Below, piece after piece: positions 12,840 to 25,429 of a stretch of 64,000 bases of DNA. Source of the DNA: Lama glama (taxonomy: Eukaryota); assembly GCA_028534125.1 (NCBI GenBank), contig CM052818.1:31746001-31810000 (forward strand). The letters are read 5' to 3'. The position numbers were made by a program, and so were the translations under genes. Position 1 is the first letter of the stretch. Every line of letters starts with the position of its first letter. Below the pieces are notes generated by a model that was given only the letters and a program-made list of their open reading frames with translations, had not been told where the DNA came from and did not search any database.

Positions 12840-13045
12840 ATAAGTGGTAGTGTTGGTGGCAGCACCTACACACATGAGCTCATCTGATGCCACAACACTC
12901 CCATTATGAGTATATTACCCTATTTGATATATCAGGAAAAGGAGACTCATAGAGGTTTTCTGGTTCCCCCAACGTCAGGTGTGACTGAGCCAGAACTGGA
13001 ACTCAGATCTGGTAAATTCAGGCCTAGAGCTCTTTCTACCATGTT
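12840..13045 (-). mobile_element. MIR SINE
   Basis: 'tattaccctatttgatatatcaggaaaaggagactcatagagg...gagccagaactggaactcagatctg'. Confidence 0.65.
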
Positions 13046-13989
13046 AAAATGGAAAAGAACATTATATCTCACAATTTTAAGATTATATATCTTGTTAAAA
13101 CACATTACAGCACTGGTAAAGAACAAATTATGAGAATGTACAAGACGGGGACCTAGAGGTCAAAATAGATCAAGATATAATTAAATTTTATTTTCCAAGA
13201 GAACCTAAGGAAGAAGGATCCAGTCTATTAGCATGGTATGGGAAGACTTGTTCTTATGCTTTTGCCAAATTTTGTATCAGATACTTGAAGGAGATCTTAG
13301 TTTCTTCATCTAAAGATAGGACATGTTGGATTATGATTGGGCCTTTCCAACCCCAGCATTCTGTGAGTGTAAAAAGCTAACTTAACACGTAATATGAAGG
13401 AATAAGAATGACTTCTTTGTCACATGTTGACTCAGCAATGGTAGAGTCATACAGCAATGTGGCTGATCTTACAGCTGTATGGTATCCAAGGTCATTGAGT
13501 TAGCCTGGTTCTGCAGCCATAGTGAAGAGAAGTGCTTCATTTCATGATTGTGGAAGATGATTGTCCATTATCAGGAGCAAAAAACTCATATCAAATTCTC
13601 TGTGAGATTAAACAAATCTTCGAATGAGACACTTGACATGTAAAAGGAAGCTTAAGTGAGTCAAGATAAAGAGCTGTCGGCTGACACTGAAAGATTTGGG
13701 AAGGTCAAATATATGTGTGAAGTGGGGGCCCTTCATCTGCAAGACTGATGAAAATTTTAAAAGGTCAGAAATTTGGTTTGTACAAATAGACAATTATCTG
13801 TAAGAATAATGGTTAAGGACTTAAACTGAGATGAGAGAACAGATTCATTTTGAGAGAATGCTCAAGGAGGAAAGTTTCTTGATGATTGTGCTGTGCATTT
13901 GATTAGTGATCAGAAATTAGCTGGGACTTGGCATTTGTCTGGATCTCTCAAGGTAAACTGGAAACAGTAAAGGATTTCTGAGGAAAACA

Positions 13990-14410
13990 GTAACTGGTTA
14001 AACAGTACCTTGTATCTCTGGCTCACCTCTCATAAAAAATATGGATATCTATCTCACAGATTATTGTAAAAATAAAATTATGTGTATGAAAGGCCATGGC
14101 AACATGAAAAACCCTCAACTAATGTTATTGCTGTGTTTTATAGGGACTCACAAAGGTGATGAGGATGCAGTGTAGTGTCTTGGTAAAAGCTATGGCTTTG
14201 GTATCAGGCATTATGTGTTCTAATCCCTACCCTGTCACCTGTAGATAAATCATGTACCACCTGGAGTTGCATATTGTTCATCTGTAAAATGGGGACAACA
14301 AAGCACAGGTGTGTGACTTAAAGCCAAAATGAATAACATATGGGAAGACTTTTTTGCAAATGCTAAAGCACTGTGTAAGTGTGAGGAATTATAAATATGA
14401 TTATTATCAC
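13990..14410 (+). mobile_element. Two adjacent MIR fragments
   Basis: 'tcatctgtaaaatgggg' core; 'gcagtgtagtgtcttggtaaaagc' head; 'ctcacagattattgtaaaaataaaat'. Confidence 0.65.
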
Positions 14411-14834
14411 TTGGGTCCTCAGTTTATGGGATTAAAACTCAGCTACTCCAATGACTGATGAGTGGGAATACATGAGTGATTATCCTCAAACTACACCTTT
14501 TCTCCTTGCTGTATATCACCGATAAATATTTGATTTGCATTGGAAATTTGGCAACCCTGAAAGCCATTAATCCAAATAAATACTCAGTGCTCTGCAAAGC
14601 AAAATGTTTCCCAGCCAGAGCCTCCACCTGCTCCATAATAGTTGCCTTGCACATGTGTGAACAGACTCATTCACTGCTGGTGCTGTCTATGATGACCCAC
14701 CCCTCAGTCAGTCAACAGCCTGGCATAGGTGGCCACTGTGTGTGCAGCAGCTTGCAGGATCTGTAGGCAGCTACAGCGAAAGGACGAACAATTGTCCTTA
14801 AGAGCTGACAAGCTAAGAGATCCTGTCATGAATG

Positions 14835-15300
14835 ACTATTGTTTCTGCCTGTCTGGCCTTCATTTACCTTCTTCTGGTATGAAAACATCACTTGTACTTT
14901 TGTTAACCACCCTTCCCACACTCCAGCCAGTGTTGTATTTGGTAGAGACTGACCTTAGCCCCTGCTCTAGAAGTGGGCACACAACCCAGGCCTTCAAACC
15001 AGAGAAAGTTGATGATTGCATTTAGGAAGGGCAAGTCAGTTTGGCCCATAAATGTCAGGTCCAGAGCTCTTGCTCAAATATTAGAAAAAAGTCTTTCCTG
15101 AGTCTCAAGAGAACCACAGACAGCTTTCTGGTGATAATTCTGAGCCCTAGGTTTAGCTGGACTTGAAGCTTACATTGGACTTTGAATTTACCTTGGACTT
15201 GCAGCTTATTACCTCAACCAGTAAATTCCTTTTGTTTGCTCGTTCATTTGTTTGGTCTAGTCAAGGCTGTACATAGCTGTATAATTAGTTATGGCTGTTT
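14835..15300 (+). mobile_element. Old MaLR LTR (MLT1-type), decayed
   Basis: 3' part 'aaccagtaaattccttttgtttgct' and internal MLT1-like motifs. Confidence 0.45.
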
Positions 15301-15443
15301 TTATTGCTTCAGTCTACACACCATTTATTGGGTACTTCCTTGTGTCAGGCCCTGTGCAGGGAGTTTTGATTACAAAGACATGGGCTCTCCTTTCATGGAG
15401 TTTGTAGACTAGTAGGAGAGACAAAGAATATTAAAATACAGTA

Positions 15444-16461
15444 TTGCTATGATTTGTGTCAGAGAATGTTTTGACTATGTTATCTTCTAGGAGTTTTTTT
15501 TTAACATTTTTTATTGATTTATAATCATTTTACAATGTTGTGTCAAATTCCAGTGTTCAGCACAATTTTTCAGTCATTCATGGACATATACACACACATT
15601 GTCATATTTCTTCTAGGAGTTTTATGGTGTCATGTCTTATGTTTAAGTCTTTAAGCCATTTTCAGTTTATTTTCATATATGGTATGAGGGGGTGTTATAA
15701 CTTCATTGTTTTACATGTGGCTGTGCAGCTTTCCCAGCACCACTTGCCAAAGATACTGTCTTTTCTCCATTGCATATTCTTGCCTCCTTTGTGGAAGATT
15801 AATTGACTGTAGGTGTGTGGGTTTATTTCTGGGCTCCCTGTTCTGTTCCATTGATCCATGTGTCTGTTTTTGTGCCAATACCTTGCTGTTTTTTTTTTTT
15901 AATACCGTGCTGTTTTGATTACTATAGGTTTGCAGTATTGTCTGAAGCCTGGGAGGGTTATGCTTCCAGCTTTTTTTCCCCTCAAGATTGCTTTGGAATT
16001 TCTGGGTCTTTTGTGATTCCATATAAATTTTAGGATTATTTGTTCTAGTTCTGTGATGGACCTAGAGATTCTCATACTAAGTGAAGTAAGTCAGACAGAG
16101 AAAGACAAATATTATATGATACCGCTTATATGTGGAATCTAAAAAATAGTGCAAATGAACTTACTTACAAAACATTCACAGACATAGAAAACAAACTTAT
16201 GGTTACTGAAAAGGAAGGAGAAGGAGAGATAAATTAGGAGTATGGGGTTATCAGATACACACTACCATATATAAAACAGATAAACAACAAGGATTTACTG
16301 TATAGTACAGGGAACTATATTTCATATCTTATAGTAACCTATAATGGAAAAGAATCAAAAAAAGATTCATATATATGTGTGTGTGTGTGTGTGTGTATAA
16401 ATTTACTGTACATTTGAAACTAACAGTATTGTGAATCAACTATACTTCAATTAAAAATTAA
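15444..16461 (+). mobile_element. 5'-inverted (twin-primed) L1: minus-strand ORF2 part about 15444-16055, plus-strand 3'UTR about 16056-16461
   Basis: Strand switch at about 16055 ('ttctagttctgtg|atggacctagag'); A-rich tail; TSD aaaata(c/t)agta at 15433-15443 and 16462-16472. Confidence 0.85.
15498..15608 (-). mobile_element. Young camelid-type L1 3' terminus, about 110 bp
   Basis: Poly-T followed by 'aacattttttattgatttataatcattttac'; perfect TSD tcttctaggagtttt at 15483-15497 and 15609-15623. Confidence 0.9.
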
Positions 16462-16474
16462 AAAATATAGTAAA

Positions 16475-18110
16475 GTAAATATAATGAGTGAGATATATAT
16501 GAGGCATTAAAGAGTGTAAAGTGGAAGTCCTTTAACTCATCTCTAAGAGTATGTCAAGTGTGGAGGATCATGGAAGGTCTTCTACCTTGAGGAAATAAAC
16601 TATAAGAGGCTACTTAATGACTGAGTAGGAATTATCTAGGAAGTGATGGAGAGGCAAGGAAATATATGCTTGTTCATACCTCTGAGACATAGAGAATGGT
16701 GTGGGGGATGTATGCATGTGTCTGTGTATGTGTGTATTAAAGGTTGAAGGCTAGAAGTGAATTAGCAGCAGGCCCATTTTTCATTTCATGAAAATGAAAA
16801 ATCTCATTGACAAAATAGTGAAGATGATAGGATAATGGAAAGAATTAAGATGGTGGAAGGAGTCCTTTTAGCCATGGACTTCTCTTGGGTTTTGACTTAA
16901 TCCTGTAGGTCAGCCTTGAAATTCATAAAGCAGGAGAATGTTTTGAAAGATCATACTAGCAGCTGTATGGAGAATGGGTTTGAAAGACGTGCTTGGAAGG
17001 AAGGAAGCCATAACCTTGATGAGAAGCCTATGTTTATAGAGACAAATATAGATTAAAGAAATATTTTTGTAGGTAAAATTTGTAGTATTGGTGCCTGGAT
17101 GTGGGGGCGAGAAAGAGAAAGAGTCTAATTTTTTTGACTTGTGTGACTAGTGAAGGTAGATGACCAACTAAAGTGATGAGTTTTGTTTCGGACATGGTAA
17201 ATTTGAGGTACACGAAGGATGACTGGTCTGATACACCCAACAGGCAGTTGGATACATTAATCTATGACTTAGTAGAGAGGTCTGGGTTGGAAAGAGACAT
17301 TTAGGAATCATGACTATAAAGTTAAAATTGTATTATCTAAGGAGAAAAGTGGGATATAAAGAGTAGGGAAGAACCTTGGGTACACCAATACTGACGCATT
17401 ATGCTGGAGTAAAAAGAGCCCTCAAAGGAGGCCCTGAAACAGTGGTTAGAAAGGCAGGAGAAGAACCAGGGGTATGTGGTCTTCTGGAAGTTGAGGAACA
17501 GAGCTTCAAGGTGAAGGGAGTGATCATCAGTACCACATGCAGTGTAGGAAAAAAAAATGATGTTTCAAACTACTTATGTATTAGAGTCAGGAAGTCATCT
17601 AGTGATCATAGAGTTTGTTCAGTAGAGGAAGGTTGGGAGTGGGAGCCAGGGTAGGTAAGTTGAAGTTGGCAGAATAATTGTGACCACTCTTTGAGAAGTT
17701 TGCCTAAAAAGAGAAGGAAAAGATGGAATAGTAAATGGAAATGGACCCAGTGTCAGGGCAGTTTTCCTCTTAAGGACTGGAGCCATTTGAACATATTTCC
17801 AGGATAACAGAAAAGAGAGATACGCCAGAAAGGAGAAAGTTGAAGATAGAAAATGAGAAGGTTTGGGGATGTAGCAAGACTTTAGGTCCTGGGTGGTGTG
17901 TGGTCAAGGGCACCATGGATAGATTGGCCTTGGAAAGGAGGAGGACATCTCATGTTGTAATAATGGGAGGAAGGTTTTTAGGATGAGTATGGGTTTTAAT
18001 AGTGGGATTGGGGCAGTCTTCAGGAAGAATACACATTCTGGCTCAGTTTCACAGAAGTAGAAAATAGGGAGAAGGGGGCTGGGTTGGAAAGTTGAAGAAG
18101 TAATACTAGA
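16475..18110 (-). mobile_element. L2 LINE remnant (continues the L2 tail at about 15325-15440)
   Basis: Purine-rich reverse L2 motifs 'ttttgtttcggacatggtaaatttgagg' and 'aggcagttggatacatt'. Confidence 0.75.
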
Positions 18111-18339
18111 TAACTGTTTTTCATGTGGCCAGTTGTGTCTAGTTAGCCAGGAGTAGACAATGACAAAAAGGATAAGTAGCTGTCTGGAACATTTTCCAGA
18201 GTCCTTTTCCTTTTTCCCTTCCCTTCCCGTCCCTTCTTCTTTTCTTTTTTCTGTTCTTTTCTTTGATATAATTTACCTGCCATAAAATTTACCTTTTAAG
18301 GGTGGTACATCTATCACCGCTATCTAATTCCAGGACATT

Positions 18340-18796
18340 ATTTTTAAAACACCTTTTTTATGGTATGATTCCTGTATAGTAAACTACACATTTTTCAGAT
18401 GTACAATTTGATGAGTTTTGATAGGTGTATACACCAATGAAACCACAATCAAGATAGTTAACATTTCTATCACTCCCCAAGAGGTGCAAATCTTGAGCTC
18501 CCAATTTATTCCTTCTCACTTCCTTTATGCCCAGTAACCATAAATTTGTTCTGTATGTCTGTGAGTCTGTTTCTGTTTTGTAGAGAAGTCCATTTGTGTC
18601 CTTTTTTTTTGAGGTTACACATTTAAATAATATCATATGGTATTTTTCTTTATCTTTCTGATTTACTGCACTTGGAAAGACAATTTCCAGGTCTATCCAT
18701 GTTGCTGCAAATGGCATTATTTTATTCTTTTTTATGGATGAGTAGTATTCCATTACACATGCACACGCACACACACACCCCACACACATACACACA

Positions 18797-18827
<31 letters not shown>

Positions 18828-18927
18828 TCTTCGTCCAGTCATCTGTAAATGGACATTTGGGTTGCTTCCATGTCTTGGCTATTGTAAACGGTGCTGCTGT
18901 GAACACTGGGGTACACTTGTCTTTTTG
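18340..18927 (-). mobile_element. 5'-truncated L1 with variant tail, copy 2, with internal (CA)n
   Basis: ORF2 end MFTAAPFTIAKTWKQPKCP; perfect 15-bp TSD taattccaggacatt at 18325-18339 and 18928-18942. Confidence 0.95.
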
Positions 18928-19974
18928 TAATTCCAGGACATTTTAATGACCCTCCAAATAACCCCCTACCAATTAGCAGTCACTACCTATTTTCCCCATC
19001 CTCCCAGCCCCTGGAAACTACTAATCCATTTTCTATTTCTATAGGTTTTCCTATTCTGGACATTTCATATAAATGGAATCATATAATATATGGTCCTCTT
19101 TGTTACTGACTTCTTTGACTTAGCATAATGTTTTTAAGGCTCATCCATGTTGTAGTACTTTACAACAGTACTTTATTATTTTTATTGCTGAAGAATAATC
19201 CATTGAATGGGTACTCCACATTTTGTTTATCCATTCATTAGTGGTGGATATCTGATTTGTTTCACTTTTGGGGTGCTATGAATAATGGTCTTATGAACAT
19301 TGACGTACAAGGTTTTGTGTGGACATGTTTTCAGTTCTGTTGGGTGTATATCAAGGAGTGGAATCACTTTGTCACATGATGTTTATGATTAACTTTTTGA
19401 GGATCTGCCAAACTGTTTTCCAAAGTAGCTGTACCATTTTATTTTTCCCACCAACAGTATAAGGTTCCAATTTATCCATATATTCACTTAACACTTGCTA
19501 TTATTACTTTTTCAAATAATTATCTTACTGGGTATGAAGTGGTATCTCATTGTGGTTTTTATTTGCATTTCTCTGATGACTGATGATGCTGAGAATCTTT
19601 TCATATGCTTATTGGCATTTATATATCTTCTTTGTAGAAATATATGCAGATTCTTTTCCCCTTTTTAAAATTAGATCATTTGTCTTTATAATGTTGAACT
19701 GTAAGAGTTCTTTATTCTGAATACTAGAACCTTATCAATATGATCTGCAAATATTTTCTATAATTCTGTGAATTGTTTTCTTTTCACTTTGGTAGTATCA
19801 CCAGAAGCACAAAAGTTTTTAATTTTGATGTAGTCCAGTTTCTTTATTTTTTATTTTATTGCTTGTGCTTTTGGTGTCATATCTAAGAAACCATTGCCTA
19901 ATTCAAGATCATGAAGATTTGCACCTATGTTTTCTCCTGAGTTTTATAGTTTTGACTATTACATTTAGATTTTT

Positions 19975-20029
19975 TAAACATTTTTTATTGATTTATAATC
20001 ATTTTACAATGTTGTGTCAGATTCCAGTG
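19975..20029 (-). mobile_element. Young camelid-type L1 3' terminus, about 55 bp
   Basis: Near-identical to 15503-15557; TSD tagattttt at 19966-19974 and 20030-20038. Confidence 0.85.
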
Positions 20030-20730
20030 TAGATTTTTAATTCATTTTAAGTTAATTTTTGTATATGGTATGGGATAGAGGTACATCTTCACTCGTTTGT
20101 ATGTTGATATCCAGTTGTCCCAGTACAATCTGTATTCTTTTCCGCATTGAATTGTCTTGGCCCCCTTGTCAAAAATGAATTAATCATAAATGGTTTATTT
20201 CTGGATTCTCAGTTCTATTCCATTAGTCTATATATTTATTCTTATGCGAGTATTGTGATATCTCGATTGCTGTAGCTTTGTATTAAGTTTTGAAATTGAG
20301 AAATGAATCTTTGTTCTTTATCAAGATTGTTTTGGCTGTTTTGGATTCCCCACGTATCTATATTATTTTAGGATCAGATTTTCAATTTCTGCAAAAAAAG
20401 CCAGCTAGGATTTTGATAGGGATTGTGTTAAATTTGTAGATCAATTTGGGAAGTATTGCCATCTTAATAATAATGTCTTCCAATCCATGAACAGAGGTGG
20501 AAATTAGGTTACTGACTTGAGATCTTTCTTCTTTTTTAATAAAGATTTTAAAGCTATAAATTTCATATTTAAAGCTTTTGTCTAGTAAACACAATGTCTG
20601 GGCTTCCTCAGGGAAAGAGAAACAGAGGCTTAGAAAGATCTTATTTGCTCAAGGTCATGCAGATAATAATAAACTATATAGCAAGGTTGGAATTCTAGGA
20701 CTGAATGACTCAAAGTTTGTTTACTTGTTC

Positions 20731-20865
20731 CCTTTCCTTCCTTCCTTCCTTCCTTCCTTTCTTTCTCTTTCTCTTTCTCTTTTTCTTTTCTCTTCTCTTC
20801 TCTTCTCTTCTCTTCTCTTCTCTTCTCTTCTCTTCTCTTTTCTTTTCTTTTCTTTTCTTTTCTCT
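20731..20865. repeat. Compound pyrimidine microsatellite (CTTC)n/(CTTCT)n/(CTTTT)n
   Basis: Directly visible. Confidence 0.95.
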
Positions 20866-20879
20866 CTGTCTTCAAAGAG

Positions 20880-21190
20880 CGACTCTATGTCAGGTATGAT
20901 GCAAAGATAAATAAACTCTGGACCCTGGTCTCAAGGAGCTAACACATTAGTTGAGAAAAGAGATGTACAAGTGAATGAGACAGAGCAGTACAGGTGCAGA
21001 CCTAGATGCCACTACTGGGACAGTTGGGATGCAGAAGTGAGGGTGAGGGGTATAGACTATGAAGAGGGGGAATTTGCTCTTAGGTGGTGCTGTCGATTGG
21101 ATCTGAGTTTTATTAGGTAAATAGGATGCCAGAGGGGTCGAGTGATTATTGACGGGAATAACCAGGACTAGCAATGTCAGCATCACTTTT
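20880..21190 (-). mobile_element. L2 fragment
   Basis: 'accctggtctcaaggagctaacacattagttgag' reverse L2 motif. Confidence 0.55.
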
Positions 21191-21889
21191 GACAATTATG
21201 CCTTTAAGGTAGGCCACTGAATCCATAAAGAAAATGCGTCTGAGGGAACTATTGCACTCCAACTGCACCTCCACAGATCCATTGTTATTTTCTTTTATTT
21301 TGACCTCTGACCCTGGATTCTACTTCTCACTACTCTCTTGGGATATGGCACATATTTGGACTTCAGGCAATCACCATGGCCATTTTGAATAATAGCTCTT
21401 CTTTTCTGCAGTCAACATGAAGCTGAGCCAAACACTAAGTGTGAATGAGCAGATTCAGGGGTGAGAGGGTCCTTCAGTCACCTCATAGCCAGAGTACCAG
21501 CACTGGAGTCTTCTTTCTTGGCTGGTGTTGGAGGCTGGATAGTGGCCCCCTGCCACTCTGCCTCTGGATGAGAGGTCTGTATCTCCTTAGACCCCTTATA
21601 GAACTTAGGAGAATGTGCAGTAGAGACTCCACTCTGCTCTCCACCCCATGGGCCAAGGGGCTTTGGGAGGATACCTAGAGAGGCAAGGAAAGCCTAGAGC
21701 CAGAGTATGTTCTGGCAGCTGAGAGTCCTTGCTCAACATGAGTGCTGAACCCTAAGTATGCCAGCAGGAATTTTAACCAGCCGAGGAATCAGAGCAGTAG
21801 GGATGAGGGTGCACATGTTGGATGAAAACATTTGAAATCACTTTTAAAAACACTGTGTTACATCCTACCACCAGCATTATCATACAAGG

Positions 21890-21998
21890 GTCTTTCCTGC
21901 CTTCCTTCTTTTTGCTCTCCCTTCCTCTTTCTTTTCCTGTTTCCTCCCCTCCCTTCCTTCTTCCCTCCCTTCCTTCCTCTCTCTCTTTTTCCTTTCTT
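21890..21998. repeat. TC-rich low-complexity tract
   Basis: Directly visible. Confidence 0.85.
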
Positions 21999-22734
21999 TG
22001 TACTGGGGCATGAACCTGCCAACATGTCTTTGTAACCTATCAGGGCCCTGATTTAAACCAGAAGTTTTGCATGGCTGTCACCTCATTAAAGTATTTATGT
22101 CCTGGCAGAGCCTGAACTTGAATCTACCTTGAAGATGTAATTGTGTGTTGCTAATGTAATGGCTGAAGTTGCCCATGCAAAGAGCAACATGAAAAAGGCC
22201 ACAGGGAGGAATGCAAGGTCACAGAGCCACATGAAGCATGCTCAGGGTTGATTTGTTCATTTCCTCCAGTCCCAGGGAGAAGTCTCATGATGGCAGGTAG
22301 GACTTGCAGAGGGGAATGATTGCAACATGGACTTGTGCAGATGGGAACAGAGAGGAGTTTATTGTGCTTTCCAAATGACTGAAATCCTCACTGAGAATCT
22401 GAGCACACACACAGCAATAGCCCCAATCCAGATGCCCATAAATATGGATGAGTCAATGGGAGAGATGGTCGCTTCTCCCATAAAGATGGCTTGCTGTTTC
22501 CCCAGCATTAGGAAATTTATCTAGAAAATAATATAGGAAGATATTTTTCTTTTCAGAATAGATACAAAATCCAGGCTTGTTCGCCAGTATTTGATCTACT
22601 TCCCAGATTCCTTGGGCTTATGTAGCGTGAGAGATGTGGCTAGATCCACCATTGTGATGGTTTTCTTCTATCACACAGGAGAGGGTGGCTAACTAGCCAC
22701 AGGGGCCCTCTGCCCTTTAGGTTATATCACATTT

Positions 22735-22960
22735 ATGAATTCAGTGAATATTTATTAAGCACCTGCCATGAGATGTACCAGATGTTGGGGATACAGCAGG
22801 GAACAAGACAGGCATGAAGCCTGCCCTGCTGCTCACTGACCAGCCAGGGATACAGGCAATTGCAGTGTGGTTAGTGCTATAATGAAGGACAGAGCAGAGT
22901 GTCAGGGCTGCACAGAGGAGGGACATCTCACCCACAGCGAGTAGCAAAGGGAAACCTTCT
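22735..22960 (-). mobile_element. L2 3' end
   Basis: 'tcagtgaatatttattaagcacctgccatg...ggggatacagcagggaacaagacag'. Confidence 0.75.
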
Positions 22961-24162
22961 CAGAGACAGGAGACCCTGTGAATCCTACATTCTTAGAATT
23001 ATAGAAGGGATTTTAGAATTCATCTTGTCAAATACTTGCGACAGTGAAGAAATTGAGTCCCAGAGAAGTGAAGCAAAACCCCAAGTTTACAGCAGCTGGT
23101 AAGTAGAAAACTAGCCAAACTAAGGCCTCTTTCCTTCACCCTATTATTTCTGCTCCTTTAAAGTCATGTAATTCTCTTTCCATAATGTTGAGTGTTGAAC
23201 CAGTTGAATTTTAAGACATCAGATGAAAGAGTTGATGGGAACCACAGTATTACTGTTAATCATATAACAAACTGGAGAATATTGCTGTCCTTAGGTGGAG
23301 CTGAACTCCAGGGTTAGGCAGAGCTGTCCATCCTGTCCTGGAGGTACTGGAGCTGAGAGGATGTATGCACCTGTAGATGGCTCACTTTGAAGAGAAAGAG
23401 GAGAGAAAAGGGCTGGGCTACCCTCCTGAGATTGGTCTTCCAAGTGCAGCAGTTGGATGGGCCCCTCAACACCTGTCAGGCACAGAGAGAGATAGGAGGG
23501 GAGGAGCCAGAAGTGTTACGTTAATAGGAAGTAGAAAGAAAACCAGAAGATGTGAAGAAACACACTCCCAAAACTCACCTTCTGTACTCATTCAAACATA
23601 TTTTTGAGTACCTTTTCTTTGTGCTAGGTGACAAGGATTTAATGATGTCATCTTGGCTATTAAAGAGGTCATGACCTTAGTAATGAATAGTATTTTCCCT
23701 GAAGTTTAACATTGGGTGAGGAGGGGTTATTAAACATAAATTCTAAGCAACTCAATCAGTAGTCCACAAAGTACCTTTTTCTGTCCTTTAAGATTGTTGA
23801 AGAAAATCCACATGTGGTATCATTTGCTGTAATAATACCCTCATCTCAGCTTTGCACAATCCAGTCACCATGAGGTGGGGAAAAGGAACTGAGTTCTGTC
23901 TTTCTGTGGTGAGAATGAAACAGTTGTTTCCCTCTTCCCTGTGGCTGCCAGCTGGCCCTGTCATGCTGTCACTCCCTGTGTCCCTCCCCTCTGCTCCTCC
24001 CCTTCCAGTACAAAGAATCTCTTCTCCACCTTCCCCTGATAAAGAAGGACCACCACCAGCCTTTGACTCTCCCAAAATTTCAATGACTTGTCTCTTTCTC
24101 AGAGTACATTTAACTTATGTCACAGTCCCCTCAGTTTGGAGGGGTTTCAGTAAGTGGATTTT

Positions 24163-24604
24163 CTGTAGGCTTATTTTTGGGTCCCCTAGTAGGAAACCCT
24201 GAGAGAAAAATATGGATGCAAGTTATTTATTTGGGTGGCAGCTTCAGGAAGGACCAGTAGGGGATTGAGAAAGTGATAGAGGGAAGGGAACAAAGTCAAT
24301 CAAGTGTAGGGTAATGAGGAAGTCACTACTGTGGAACCTGGGGTTCTGTTCCCAGGCCTGAGAGAGCCTGTGTGCAACCTGCCTCAGAATTGTCCCGAAA
24401 GGGTGAAGAAGTCAGCATATTTATCCAGCTTTCCCTAGGTAAGGGATGCTTCTGGGGCACTAACTCCCAGAGCAGACTGGAGGCCAGAAAATGCTCTGAA
24501 GCGGAGAGACAATGCAGAAAGCCATCCACAAGAGAAAAAACCGTGTGTAGTGACCTCTAGGGTAAGCTAAGGGTGTGGGCAAGGCACTGACCACCATTAG
24601 CCAT
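24163..24604 (-). mobile_element. ERVL solo LTR, LTR16-like
   Basis: 'aaaccctgagagaaaaatatggatgcaagttatttatttggg' and the end 'gggcaaggcactgaccaccattagcca' match the recalled LTR16 family. Confidence 0.65.
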
Positions 24605-25429
24605 GTCTCTGCTAGTCTCTTAAGCCATTCTTTCTTTCTTTTGTTTAAAAATATTTACTGCACTTAACACACTTTTAAGTTTTACATTAATTTGCAAGTT
24701 CATATGTCTAATACCTATCTTATATGCTACTGTATGTCCAATACTTAGTTCAGTGCCTGGAACCTAGGAGATCCTCAATAATTATTTGTTAATTGAATGA
24801 TTAAATGAATAAATGACTCCATGCCCCTGCATCAGCTTTCGGTCCTTGGGGCATGTCTGGGACTGCCTCTGGGACTTTAATCACTGGGGGTAAGGAAGAA
24901 GGGAGGTTGGAAGTTACACTTGAATCTAGGTAGTTCTTTTCCTGAGAATCCCTATAGGAACAGGATGTGGCTGTCATTTAAAAAATGTGCCTTCCCTACT
25001 CCTGGAGCTTAAATCTGTTTGAAGATCCCAAGATCCCTCCAATGGCTAACTCATTTGACAAGTATCAAGTACCCACTATGGGCAGTGTGTTATTTTCAGA
25101 GCTGTAAGAAATACAAGGAAGGTACAAGAAGCACGTCTTACCCTCACAGAGCTTACAGTTGAGTTAGGGATAATAACATAGCTTATGTGAATTGCAAAAC
25201 ACCTTATAATCAAGAGATGGATTACACATCTCAGACTAAATATTAAATATCTGTAGGATTCAGAATCACCAGGGGGATTCAGTACAGCAAAGGGGAATGG
25301 AGCAAACTGTGGGCTTGTGGTGAAGACACCTGGGTTTGGGTTTCTTCTCTATTACTACACTCTAAGACTCTTTGAGGGCACAGACTAGAGTTGATCCTAA
25401 CTGAGAGAAAAACTACTCACAATATACAG

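Larger units (their letters stand above)
18260..20560 (-). mobile_element. L1MB-type L1 (3'UTR plus ORF2 end) with two nested younger L1 insertions
   Basis: 'cccagcccctggaaactactaatcc...ctggacatttcatataaatggaatcata'; ORF2 peptide IIKMAILPKLIYKFNTIPIKI (ORF 20382-20594). Confidence 0.85.

Noticed and set aside
18358..18906. Longest ORF (182 aa) with a CVCVC tract
   Set aside because: L1 ORF2 end read through a (CA)n microsatellite and 3'UTR; not a gene
20578..20910. Overlapping low-complexity ORFs (FSSLL / KRREE)
   Set aside because: Translation of the (CTTCT)n microsatellite
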